From assembly GCF_009914755.1 (NCBI RefSeq), contig NC_060936.1: DNA of 64,000 nt, one strand, 5' to 3'. The stretch's first letter is position 1, and each line of letters starts with the position of its first letter. This DNA is from the human T2T-CHM13v2.0 reference genome, Homo sapiens. Both the position numbers and the translations under genes were made by a program. Positions 1 to 15,930 of the stretch are shown here, one piece after another. The notes below the pieces were generated by a model. That model worked only from the letters and a program-made list of their open reading frames with translations, was not told the DNA's origin and ran no database searches.

Positions 1-235
1 GAGGAAGGATCAGGCAGCAATATTTGCCATTCTGCAATATTTGCTGTTCTGCAGCCTCTGCTGGGGATACCCAGGCAAACAGGGTCTGGAGTGGACCTCC
101 AGCAAACTCCAACAGACCTGCAGCTGAGGGTCCTGACTGTAAGAAGGAAAACTAACAAACAGAAAGGACATCCACTCCAAAACCACATCTGTACGTCACC
201 ATCATCAAAGACCAAAGGTAGATAAAACCACAAAG

Positions 236-1258
236 ATGGGGAGGAACCAGAGCAGAAAAGCTGAAAATTCTAAAAATCAGAGCGCCTCTTCTCCTCCAAA
301 GGAATGCAGCTCCTTGCCAGCAATGGAACAAAGCTGGACGGAGAATGACTTTGACAAGTTGAGAGAAGATGGCTTCAGACGTTTGGTAATAACAAACTTC
401 TCTGAGCTAAAGGAGGATGTTAGAACCCATCGCAAAGAAGTTAAAAACCTTGAACAAAGATTAGACGAATGGCTAACTAGAATAACCAGTGTAGAGAAGA
501 CCTTAAATGACCTGATGGAGCGGAAAACCATGGCACGAGAACTATGTGACCCATGCACAAGCTTCAGTAGCCGATTTGATCAAGTGGAAGAAAGGGTATC
601 AGTGATTGAAGATCAAATGAATGAAATGAAGTGAGAAGAGAAGTTTAGAGAAACAAGAGTAAAAAGAAATGAAGAAACCTTCCAAGAAATATGGGACTAT
701 GTGAAAAGACCAAATCTATGTCTGACTGGTGTACCTGAAAGTGATGGGGAGAATGGAACCAAGTTGGAAAACACTCTTCCGGATATTATCCAGAACTTCC
801 CCAATTTAGCAAGGCAGGCCAACATTCAAATTCAGGAAATACAGAGAATGCCACAAAGATACTCCTCGAGAAGAGCAACTCCAAGACACATAATTGTCAG
901 ATTCACCAAAGTTGAAATGAAGGAAAAAATGTTAAGGGCAGCCAGAGAGAAAGGTCGGGTTACCCACAAAGGGAAACCCATCAGACTAACAGTGGATCTC
1001 TCTACAGAAACTCTGCAAGCCAGAAGAGAGTGGGGGCCAATATTCAGCATTCTTAAAGCAAAGAATTTTCAACCCAGAATTTCATATCCAGCCAAACTAA
1101 GCTTCACAAGTGAAGGAGAAATAAAATCCTTTACAGACAAGCAAATGCTGAGAGATTTTGTCACCACCAGGCCCGCAATACAAGAGCTCCTGAAGGAAGC
1201 ACTAAACATGGAAAGGAACAACCAGTACCAGCAACTGCAAAAACATGCCAAATTGTAA
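236..1258 (+). pseudogene. L1 ORF1p (coiled coil-RRM-CTD), interrupted by one in-frame stop at 632-634
   Basis: ORFs 236..634 and 701..1258 share a frame and 635-700 is open; motifs KRPNL, RATPRHII, ARREW, YPAKLS. Confidence 0.95.
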
Positions 1259-1321
1259 AGACCATCGATGCTAGGGAGAAACTGCATCAACTAATGAGCA
1301 AAATAACCAGTTAACATCATA

Positions 1322-5161
<3,840 letters not shown>

Positions 5162-5360
5162 ACAATGAGAATACTTGGACACAGGAAGGGAAACATCACA
5201 CACTGGGGCCTGTCATGGGGTGTTTGGAAGGTGGAGGGATAGCATTAGGAGATATACCTAATGTAAATGACGAGTTAATGGGTGCAACACACCAACATGG
5301 CACATGTATACATATGTAACAAACCTGCACATTGTGCACATGTACCCTAGAACTTAAAGT

Positions 5361-5391
<31 letters not shown>

Positions 5392-6459
5392 CATATATAA
5401 AGAGAAGCAGGAAAAAAGAACGAAAATCTTACAAAAGCAAAACAAAAGACCCAGTAATTCAGGAATTCTCTCATTTCCTATTTTATGTCAAATGAATCTG
5501 ACTAACTCTCCTTAAATATTTCCATAAGTAATTACAGGAAGAGAAAAGACAAAAAGACACTGACACTACGTAAAAATTCTCTCTCAAATATATAATGCCT
5601 AATTTCTTTCTCTCAGAAGCAATATGGCGCCCTTCTGTGACTTTCTCTATGTTGTAATTCATGTGTCAGGAATCCCAGTTGATTTCACTTTGTAGTTGGC
5701 CATAAAGAATATTGAGTTCTTTTGGGACTGCGGTGAGATGCAGGTTACAGACACAATGCTTGATGTGCCTTGGGGTGATGCAGCTAATAGTTCTACTCCT
5801 TGGCAGTCACTCTGGAAGGAATGTTTTTACAATCAATCACTGGCTCACTGTGAGTCCTTAATGATGTGGACCCTCTGATGTTCAAGTTCATGGTCCTGAG
5901 TAAAAACTAATCCAAGGGTTGAAACCAAGCAAAGGGTAGATAGAGCAGAATCCATTTTTATTAGCCCTGCTTTTTAAAAAATGTCTGGATAGAGAATTAC
6001 CCCACAAATAACTGAACAAGGTTGACTTCTGCTGCTGACCTCAGAAGTCTTCTTGACAACCATCTCTAACAATGAACTTTGGGAAAATCTTAATAGTCTC
6101 TTCCCCATTATGTGTTTGTTTGGATAAAGTCCCAGTGCACCAGTTTCCTAAATTCAAATGTGGTAGGTGTATGTCCATGATGAGAAAAAACAGTATATGA
6201 CTGTTGGCGAGGTGAGATTGCTATAGGGGTTTGAGATAGAATAAACACATTGACCCATTTTGTACACTCCACTGTAATGAAGAATGATTATGCTAATTGA
6301 TGTAGGTTCTTGATCAGGGCTTTGGGCTCTACATATAGCTACAAGAAGCAGAAACCTCCCTGAAGATCCATGTTGCATATTAGCGAAGCAGTTTTTATTG
6401 GTACCTGCTGTCCTGTTGTGACAATTTTGAGAGAGAAACTATTCTGGAGGCCCCTGAGG

Positions 6460-6812
6460 CTCCTTTCTACCTTAAGGCCTCTGAATTTAATATTCTCTCC
6501 CCCAGAAGCTCTTGACCCAGATCTTCTCTAGACAGGAGCCTTTCCATTGTTTGGAGACCTGCCTAAATGTCTGTTTTTTCAGAGGTTCCTCCTTTCCTGA
6601 TATTAAAATAAAGCAGTACTCCTGTCACTATCACCTCAGCTGTTTTGGATAACACTGTCACTCTGTTGATTTGTTTGTGTACCTGTTGTCTGTTTTTCCA
6701 TCTTGCCACTAGAATGAAAGATCCATGGAGAAGGAGAGATCTTGCCTTTCTGTTTGGTGCTGTGTTCCCTACGTAGATAATAGGTGCTTAAAAAATAAGT
6801 ATTGAATAAATC
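6460..6812 (+). mobile_element. L2 LINE 3' fragment
   Basis: CCACTAGAATG..ATCCATG..TAGGTGCTTAAAAAATAAGTATTGAATAAAT resembles L2 3' terminus. Confidence 0.7.
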
Positions 6813-6867
6813 TGTTGACATGCAGATAACAGCCAACTCGAGGTTTTCATTTATAGCTATTTATAAG

Positions 6868-7125
6868 TAATAATAGTAATAATAACAACACTCTAAAATC
6901 TTTTGAGGGCTGTATGCCAGCACTACACCTCAGCATAGTGCTTTACCTACATTTTCTCATGTGAACTTCAAAATAATCTGAAAATGTAGATGCTCTCATT
7001 ATTCCCATTCTGTAGATGCAGAAACTGAGGTTTCTGAAAGGTTCCTACCACTTGGCAAAAGCTTTCATAGCTGGTAAGTGGCAAAGCTGGGATTAAAATG
7101 CAGACAGCCTGATTATAAAGCCTTC
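6868..7125 (-). mobile_element. MIR SINE
   Basis: Antisense core ATTATTCCCATTCTGTAGATGCAGAAACTGAGG..AGCTGGTAAGTGGCAAAGCTGGGATT. Confidence 0.85.
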
Positions 7126-7430
7126 GCAGCTATGTACTCCAGGCCCTGAGGCATTTTTCTCTGGAACTTGATACAATTTGTGAGCATTTCTTTCAGAACT
7201 TTCTTTCATGTGAGTAATTAAGAATATCTGATGGTTGACAGTGTGATCTGCTATGATAGTTTAGGAATTCCACTTACATTGAATGACCAAATCTCTTAAG
7301 GTGGCTCTTTTTCCCATACAGACTGCCTTCCATATTCTTAACATTTGGCAGACTGTAAAAATGTTAATTTTTATTGTTCAAGTCATATGAAACGTTTCTT
7401 GTTTTCTATTGTCTATTGGCAAAGTTTTTA

Positions 7431-8128
7431 TTACTATTATTATACTTTACATTTTAGGGTACATGTGCACAACGTGCAGGTTTGTTACATATGTATACAT
7501 GTGTCATGTTGGTGTGCTGCACCCATTAACTTGTTGTTTAGCATTAGGTATATCTCCTGATGCTATCCCTCCTCCCTCCCCCCTCCTCCCACCCCACAAC
7601 AGTCCCCGGTGTCTGATGTTCCCCTTGCTTTGTCCATGTGTTCTCATTGTTCAATTCCCACCTATGAGTGATAACATGCAGTGTTTGGTTTTTTGTCCTT
7701 GTGATAGTTTGCTGAGAATGATGGTTTCTAGCTTCATCCATGTCCCTACAAAGGACATGAACTCATCCTTTTTTATGGCTGCATAGTATTCCATGGTGTA
7801 TATGTGCCACACTTTCTTAATCCAGTCTATCAGTGTTGGACATCTGGGTTGGTTCCAAGTCTTTGCTATTGTGAATAGTGCCGCAATAAACTTACGGGTG
7901 CATGTGTCTTTGTAGCAGCATGATTTATAATCCTTTAAAAAGTCAGGAAACAACAGGTGCTGGAGAGGGTGTGGAGAAATAGGAACACTTTTACACTGTT
8001 GGTGGGACTGTAAACTAGTTCAACCATTGTGGAAGTTGGTGTGGCGATTCCTGAGGGATCTAGAACTAGAAATACCATTTGACCCAGCCATCCCATTACT
8101 GGGTATATACCCAAAGGATTATAAATCA
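7431..8128 (-). mobile_element. 5'-truncated, 5'-inverted L1PA4/5 insertion
   Basis: Antisense 3'UTR/ORF2 end 7431-7936, flipped segment 7936-8130, TSD TGTCTATTGGCAAAGTTTTT at 7410-7429 and 8129-8148. Confidence 0.95.
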
Positions 8129-8449
8129 TGTCTATTGGCAAAGTTTTTAAGCTTAAATGTATTGTTTATACAAGATGCTTCTTTACTTTTTGATACATGT
8201 GGTAGTGTTGTTTCGTTGGCTAGCAGTTTCTTTTTAGTTGTTGTAACTGTCAAATTTGGTTCAGTCAAGGGCTTTCAAAAGTGTTTACCTGTGATCTCCA
8301 CATATAAGCAAATCAAAGGTAACATTCTCTTAGAAGTCTCTCAGTTCTCAGTGTTGAGACATTTGCCATGTTTGTGTCATATATACACAGTAGTGCCCTA
8401 TAGTGGTGACTCCATTTGAATGACAGTGCAAAATAAAAAGTATACCTTC

Positions 8450-8880
<431 letters not shown>

Positions 8881-10749
8881 TTCAGTTGACCCACAAAATG
8901 ATGCCTCAACTTTCTGTGAGGCTGAGGTTGTGAGGGGTCTTCACATGGCAAGTATTTGATTTTGACAGGCCCCCAGAAAAATATCAAACCAGGTAGCTTG
9001 TGTGAATCACAGTCTATAAACTTAAGTGTACTGATAATACTGCATTTATTCATATTTTGTCAGTAACTGAATTCCAATTTGCAGATCCCAGTGGTACAGT
9101 GGGAAATTCAAGCTCATTTACAAATGTTGTGTGCTCTCCTTCCTTCAGAGCTGTGCTGAGGTCCCAGGCTTATCTATACCCAGAAACACAATGGTGCTCC
9201 CTCATGTCTTCCTTCATCATTGTGCGGTGGTGACACTGAGGGATGCCACCATTTTCAAGCCAAATGTTTTCTTTGGGTTCTTATTCCATTAATTCCATGC
9301 CATAATTTGGGCTCAGGAATCTTAAGCAAAGTTGACAATCCAGGAGCCTTAGTAGCTAGGATCTTCTCTACCTTTGTGTATCTCGAAGCAGTCCCCCTAC
9401 TAGGCTCTGACCACCTCCCTGATGCAGAGTGGATGCCAGTCCCTAGATCTCTGTCCTCTTCCTAAACAGGCATTCTTCCTTCCCCCACCTCAGGGCTTCT
9501 CAAAATTACTTTCGAGGAGTCAGTCCAAATCTCCAAAATAAGAAATTGCAAGGGAAAACAATATTTCAACAAATTTTTGTCACAGTAGAGTGCCATTTAG
9601 AAGATAAATTTTAGGAAACAGCCTGACTTATGTCCATTCATCTTATGTAACTAGCCATTTTGAAGGCCTATTCTAAGATGATGTCATCATCTAAAGTGAT
9701 ATGTAGGTTGGACTCTATCCAAAATTGTTTGGAGCAGGTTTCAGGAGATTCTCTTCAAAAATGCTGTTGTCATCAGAGCCTGATTCTCATCGTGAGAAAA
9801 ATGATTAGTTGGGTAGCACTAAAAAGCAAAGAAACAAAATAAGCACAGGTCTTTTACCTGGTGTGTGCAGGGGCGGGTGGGGGGCATTTGTGGCTCCCAT
9901 ACTATTTTGGCTCATCCTTGTTTCTGCAAAATAGCAGACAATTAAGGAATTCAAATTGGCTAACATTCCTCACTGATACTGAATCATAGCACTCATGGAC
10001 ACATATCAGAGCAGCAGGATTGGTGAGGTGGGAGGAGAGCCTCCCAATGTACCTTCAGGCCTCCTCAGAAATAGCATTCCTTAGAGGAGCAATTTTCTCC
10101 ATTTGGATAGTAAAAAGGAAAGGCTTGCATATATCTGACCATTATAGTACCACAAACACCAGCTGGCCATAGATAAATATAAAATAGACCTAGAAAGAGA
10201 GCTTTCTACTTGTGTTCATGTATAATTTGTTAGAAAAGTATCTTTTTTTTTCACCTTTTTTCTTGTTACTATCATTGTGGATATGCTTAGATATTTGGCA
10301 TTTGGATAAGAATAAGTGTCATTCTCATTGTTTACTTGTGGCAATTCTCTTGTCTTGCTGCAACTGTTATTGAAGCCTTACTTCCAATTTCACTTTGAAA
10401 AGCACATAATAATGGCATTAATTTTGCTTTGATCTGAGGCTTTCTCTGATGACTGAATACTATAATTTGCCCAATGCGCTGACTTTGATATGTTTTTCTT
10501 GATTAAGCTTACATAGGTATTGCATGTCACAACTGGTGGGCTATAATAATTTTATAGTTGACTGAATGTCAAATTAAAAATGTGTATGAGATAGTTAAGG
10601 ATCCTATCCCAGTTAATTATTCACATGGGATTCCTAAAATTTTGTGTTAATGAGCTGAAACATTCTGAAGACCAAATGCCTGGAATGTTTTAAAAGGGAG
10701 AATGAGAGAACCTACAAACTAGAAAATTCAAATAAAGAATAACAGAATA

Positions 10750-11056
10750 GGCCAGGCATGGTGGCTCATGCCTCTAATCCCAGCACTTTGGGAGGCTGAG
10801 GCTGGTGGATCATGAGGTCAGGAGTTCGAGACCAGCCGGGCCAAGATGGTGAAACCCCATCTCTGCTAAAAATACAAAAATTAGCCGGGCATGGTGGTGG
10901 GCACCTGTAATCCCAGCTACTCAGGAGGCTGAGGCAGAGAACTTCTTAAACCCGGGAGGCAGAGGTTGTAGTGAGCTGAGATTATGCCACTGTACTCCAG
11001 CCTGGGCAACAGAGCCAGACTCTGTCTCAAAAAAAAAAAAAAAAAAAAAAAAAAAA
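10750..11056 (+). mobile_element. AluSg-type (AluSg4-like)
   Basis: GGATCATGAGGTCAGGAGTTCGAGACCAGCC..AAGATGG; long A tail; TSD AAAGAATAACAG. Confidence 0.88.
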
Positions 11057-11158
11057 GAATAACAGCTCACTTTTAGGGGTAAAGAAAAAAAAGAGTAACA
11101 GCTCACTTTTAGGGGTAAGAAAAAAAAAGAATAACCGCTTACTTTTTGGAGTAAAGAA
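11053..11158. repeat. ~3 x 36-bp tandem repeat
   Basis: TAAC(A/C)GCT(C/T)ACTTTT recurs at 11060, 11096, 11132. Confidence 0.9.
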
Positions 11159-11359
11159 CATTCTTGCTATTAATCAGTATCATTTGTGTGTGTGGCTCAA
11201 GTCATGTGCATTGATAATAGCTTTTTGGCAAAAACGGACCTAACCTGCTCATTGGAATTCAGTGCATAGTAATTGGTGGATGAATGAATGAATGAGCCAG
11301 TAAGTTATTTTTTCTTCTTTGGCTCTGATTCACTCTTTGACTGATTGAAACCTGTGATT

Positions 11360-11520
11360 CTAGGGAAGATCATGAGCAGTGATGTCAGAAATCTCAAAAT
11401 CTCTTGTTCAAAACGAGGGCAAGTCATTTACTTCTCTGAATCACTATTTCCTCATTTATAAAATAAGGAAAATTATTCTTACCTCTTAGTAGTTGTTTGG
11501 GGTCCAAATAGGTTGATTTT
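11360..11520 (+). mobile_element. MIR fragment
   Basis: GGGCAAGTCATTTACTTCTCTGAATCACTATTTCCTCATTTATAAAAT. Confidence 0.75.
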
Positions 11521-11540
11521 ATATGTATATCTGTATCTGT

Positions 11541-11545
11541 CTATC

Positions 11546-11593
<48 letters not shown>
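11541..11593. repeat. (TATC)n / GATA tetranucleotide STR
   Basis: Direct reading, ~11 uninterrupted units. Confidence 0.97.
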
Positions 11594-12351
11594 GCTGTAT
11601 ACATTCTAAAGTGCTCCACAGTATTGGGATTCTATCTTCCCATTTGAGACTGTTGCAATTTCCCAGCAGTCCACAGCCATTCTAACTCAATTGAAAGAGT
11701 TTTATAGACATTTTGTTCTGTGTCTTTGATTGCTTCTCAAGGTCATTGAAGGACAGTCTGATAATTGCGTTTTCCATGTTGATATTAGAATAGTTTATTG
11801 TGAAGAGTAGCTTTAATAACCTATTTTTGGAGAGAAAAAAATAGGCTGAAAAAAGAGTATATCATAAGAATCCTAAAGACATTATGGAAAGTTTGAGCTC
11901 AGTTGTCATGGTGATAGGATTTTGCTCTAAGCAGCCAGGTGGTCCCATATGGCAGAAGACCACACTAAATGAAAGCTTTATTTTTTGAAATTGCAAAGAA
12001 TCTTTATTTTAATCTTTCATTCATTTTATCATATGAGTCCCCACAAGCATTACTCAAAAATTTGTAGATGCCTATGCTTGGCTAGATTTCTAAATTATAC
12101 AGAATTAAATATATAGCTTCATTCTGAGAATAAATATGGCAAATGGGTTATATGATATAAGCCTGTATTTACAGTTTCAGGAGCACTGAAGGTTTTGTAA
12201 AAATTCATTTTTATGAACTCTGAAAACTAAGTAAAAGCAAAAGGATAATAGAAAAGTTACATGTGCTAGAAGTATTTAGGAGGAACATGGGAAAAAGGCT
12301 GATAATATCTTTTATGTCTCTGGTTTAATGTCTCATTTAAGGAAATCACTT

Positions 12352-14440
12352 GGCATCCAAATAGAAAGGAAAAAGTGAAATTGTCTGTTTTTTGATAGCC
12401 TGATCTTTATATGTCAACAACCCTAAAAACTTTACTAAAAAAAAAAAAAACAGAACTAATAAACAAATACAGTAAGGTTGCAAGATACAAAAGCGACATA
12501 CAAAAATCAGTGTTTCTTTAACAACCAACTATGTGAAAAAGAAATTAAGGAATCAATCCCATTCACAATAGCATCAAAAACAATACTTAGGAATAAAATT
12601 TAACCAAGGAGGTAAAAAAATTATATACTGAAAACTATAAAACAATGATAATAAACAGCAGACAATAAAACTATATGGAAAATTATTTGTGTTCATGAAT
12701 TAGAAGAATTAATATTGTTAAAAGGTCCATACAGCCCAAGGTGATCTACAGATTCAGTGCAATCCCTATCAAAATACCAATGTTATTTTTCACAGAAATA
12801 GAGAAAACAATTGTAAGATTTGTATGGAACCACAAAAGACTGCAAATAGCCAAAGCCATCTTGAGCAAAAAGAACAAAGCTAGAGGCACAGCACCACCCA
12901 ACTTCAAATTTTATTACAAAACTATAGTAATCAAAATGGTACTAGCATGAAAACACACATTGACCTATGGAACAGAATAGCCTAGAAATGAACCCATGCA
13001 TTTATGGTCAATTGATTTTTGACAAAGGTGCTAGGAACACACAATGGAGAAAGGACAGCCTCTTGCATAAATGGTGCTGGGAAAACAGGATATCTGCATA
13101 TAGAAGAATAAAATTAGTCACTTATCTCATACCATATACAAAAATCAAAAATGGATTAGATTAAAACATAAGACCTGAAACTATAAAACTGCTATCAGAA
13201 AACATAGGGGAAATGCTCCATGACCTTGGTCTGGGCAAAGATTTTTTGTATATGACCCCCCCCAAAATACAGGCAACAAAAGCAAAAATAAACAAATGGG
13301 ATTGCATCAAACTTAAAAGCTCCTGCATAGCAAAGGCAACAATAAAGGGAAGAGACAACCTTTGGATTGGGAGAAAATATTTGCAAACCATACATCTGAT
13401 AAAGAGTTAATATCCAAAGTGTATAAGCAACTTAGTGAAAAAACAAGGAACTCAGTTAAAAAGAGGGCAAAGGACCTGAATACATATTGTTCAAAATAAA
13501 ACACATACAAATGGCCAATGGATACATGGAAAAATGTTCAACATAACTAATTACCAGGGAAATACAAATAAAATGCATGATGAAATATTGCACACCTGTT
13601 AGAATGACTGTTATCAAAAAGACGAAAGGTAAATGGCAAGCATGTGGAGAAGAGGCAATCTTTGTGCACTATTGGTGAGCATGTAAATTAATACAGCCAC
13701 TGTGGAAAACAGTTTGAAGGTTCCTCAGAACACCAAAATCAGAATGACCATGTGATCCAGCAATTCCACTTCTGGGTATATATCCAGAGAAATTGAAATT
13801 AGTGTGCCAAAAAGATATCTGCACTCCTATATTCATTGCAGCATTAATCATAGTAGCCAAGATATGGAAGCAACCTAGATGCCCATTATCAAATGAATGG
13901 ATAAAGAAAATGCTGTATATGTATATACACAATGGAATATTATTCAGCTTTTTAAAAGGTGGAAATTCTGTCATTTGTAATCACATGGATAAACCTGGAA
14001 GAAATTATGCTGAGTGAAATAAGCCAGGAACAGAAAGCCAGATAGCACATGATCTCACTTATGTGGAATCTCAAAGTCAAACCCATAGAGGTAGAGAGTA
14101 TATTGGTGGTTACCAAAGGTTGGGGGAAGGGGGTGGCTGAGGGAGGGAAGATGTTGATCAAAGAATATACAGTTTTAGTTAGACAGGAAGAATACACTTT
14201 AGTGATCTATTGCACAGAAAGGTGACTATAATAAAAATGCATTATATATTTCAAAGTTACTAAAATAGTAGATTTTAAATGTTTTAACCCATCAAAATAA
14301 TAAGTATGTGAGCTGACAGATTTGTTAATTAGCTTCATTTATCCATTCCATAATGTAAATTTATATCAAAACATCACATTATATCAAATAAATATATAAT
14401 ATATACAATTATTTGTCAGTAGTTGAAATCAAAAAGAAAA
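12352..14440 (+). mobile_element. L1MA (L1MA7/8-like) 3' ~2.1 kb, degenerate ORF2 end plus 3'UTR
   Basis: ORF2-like peptides ([36 protein letters not shown]); L1MA 3'UTR; degenerate TSD AAGGAAATCACTTG / AAAAAAATTACTTG. Confidence 0.9.
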
Positions 14441-14787
14441 AAATTACTTGAAGATGTTTTTTGTATAGTCTGAGTTATTTGAAAAGAGGATCCTAGCACT
14501 TCTTGAGTTTTTTTGTACTTAGAATATCCAGTAGTAAGTCCAGTCTGCAGATGTTCTGCATGGACTATTTTTCAATGACATTAAGCTACATCGTTACCTC
14601 GGTTCTTGACTCTGTGGCATCCTCACTCCCTTTTAATTTATGCTGCATTTTGTGTTGCTTGGCACTTTATGTGAACCTTCATTTAATCCTGAGTATGCCT
14701 ATGGATACCATGAAATCGTCCTTCTCTTTTTAACTTGTCTGAGAAAGTTTCCCCATTTATATTTTCCACTGAAATCTTGCACCCATT

Positions 14788-14962
14788 TGGAGATGGATCT
14801 CCATGAAGCTACTGAAGCTTAAAATTCAGGGCTTCTCATTGCACAGATCCTTTCCTAGGCCTTCATGGGGCCTATTGGATTTTGCATTCATAGTTTTATT
14901 TTTTAAATGGGGACTCCAAAATTGGTTGATTTTTAGACCCCCACAAAACTTGGACCCGCCCT
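14788..14962 (-). mobile_element. MER53 hAT MITE
   Basis: ATGAAGCTACTGAAGCTTAAAATTCAGGGC..CCCCACAAAACTTGGACCCGCCC matches reverse complement of MER53. Confidence 0.75.
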
Positions 14963-15129
14963 AACTTCTGTTGCTGTAGACTACTGAAAGGTCAAAACTA
15001 TCAGTGTGTAAGTTTGTAAGTTCTTGTACAAACACAATTTGTTGGAATTCCTTGTACAAACACTATTTGTTAATCTCTTTTCCATGAAAATCTCTTTGGT
15101 TTCTGTTTTTCCCCCGTTTTTGTGTTTTC

Positions 15130-15930
15130 TTGACAATTTCTTCTCATCTCCATTGTAAGCTGTTTTTCTGTCATTTCTACTGGCATTATCCAAGGGCCTA
15201 TTCTTAGTCCCATCTCTTCTTCTACTTGAACTTTCTATGTAATACATCCCTACTCAAGCCTTCAAAATATTCACAAGTCTGCACTGTATAATTCTGTAGC
15301 CAGTAGCCACATATGGCTACTTAGCACTTGAAATGTGGCTAGTGCCATGTGCTAGAAAGAAACTTTATAGACATTGGGTACAATCAAATATAACTCCTTT
15401 TGTTCCTTTTTACTTTTTAAAATGTTACCGTTAGAAAATATAGAATTTCTTACGTGATTTGCCTTATATTTTTGTTTAACAGCACTAAAAGCTGCTGATA
15501 GCTGCAAATCTCTATCTCCAGTCCAGATGCCTCACTGGGATTTCAAGCATGAAAATCCTACTGGATATCTCCCCCTGGGCATCTCATGAGGTCTTGGACT
15601 GAACCCATCACTTCCTTAGTGAATTGTTATTTCTGCTTATCTTGATTGGAGGAATCCACTATCTTTCAATTCACCAAAACTAGAAACTGGCATATCATAC
15701 TTGCTTGATTCCACCCTTTTGCTCATGCAGATATCTAAGCAATCACAAATCTTAATCAATTTGATCTTGTAATTATATTTTAGGTACATTCTTTTCATCC
15801 TCACTGCATTTAACCCGGTTTGGGCTCTTATAATTTCTTGCCTGAAATACTGCAAGAAACTTACAAGTATTTTGTCCCCCATTCAATACCCCTAAAACAT
15901 ATTTTCTGTTGCTGATGGTTTATATATGAC
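15130..15930 (+). mobile_element. L2 fragment interrupted by MER33
   Basis: Pyrimidine-rich L2 motifs (CAAATCTCTATCTCCAGTCCAGA, CTACTGGATATCTCC). Confidence 0.65.
15279..15487 (+). mobile_element. MER33 (hAT-Charlie), internally deleted
   Basis: GTAGCCAGTAGCCACATATGGCTACTTAGCACTTGAAATGTGGCTAGT..AACAGCACT. Confidence 0.8.

Noticed and set aside
5696-5732. 37-nt exon-like segment (TTTGTAG..GCG|GTGAGA)
   Set aside because: Not frame-preserving, short pyrimidine tract, no supporting motifs
10446-10503. Box C/D snoRNA (CTGATGA..CTGA)
   Set aside because: Imperfect C box, no terminal stem, no recognisable guide
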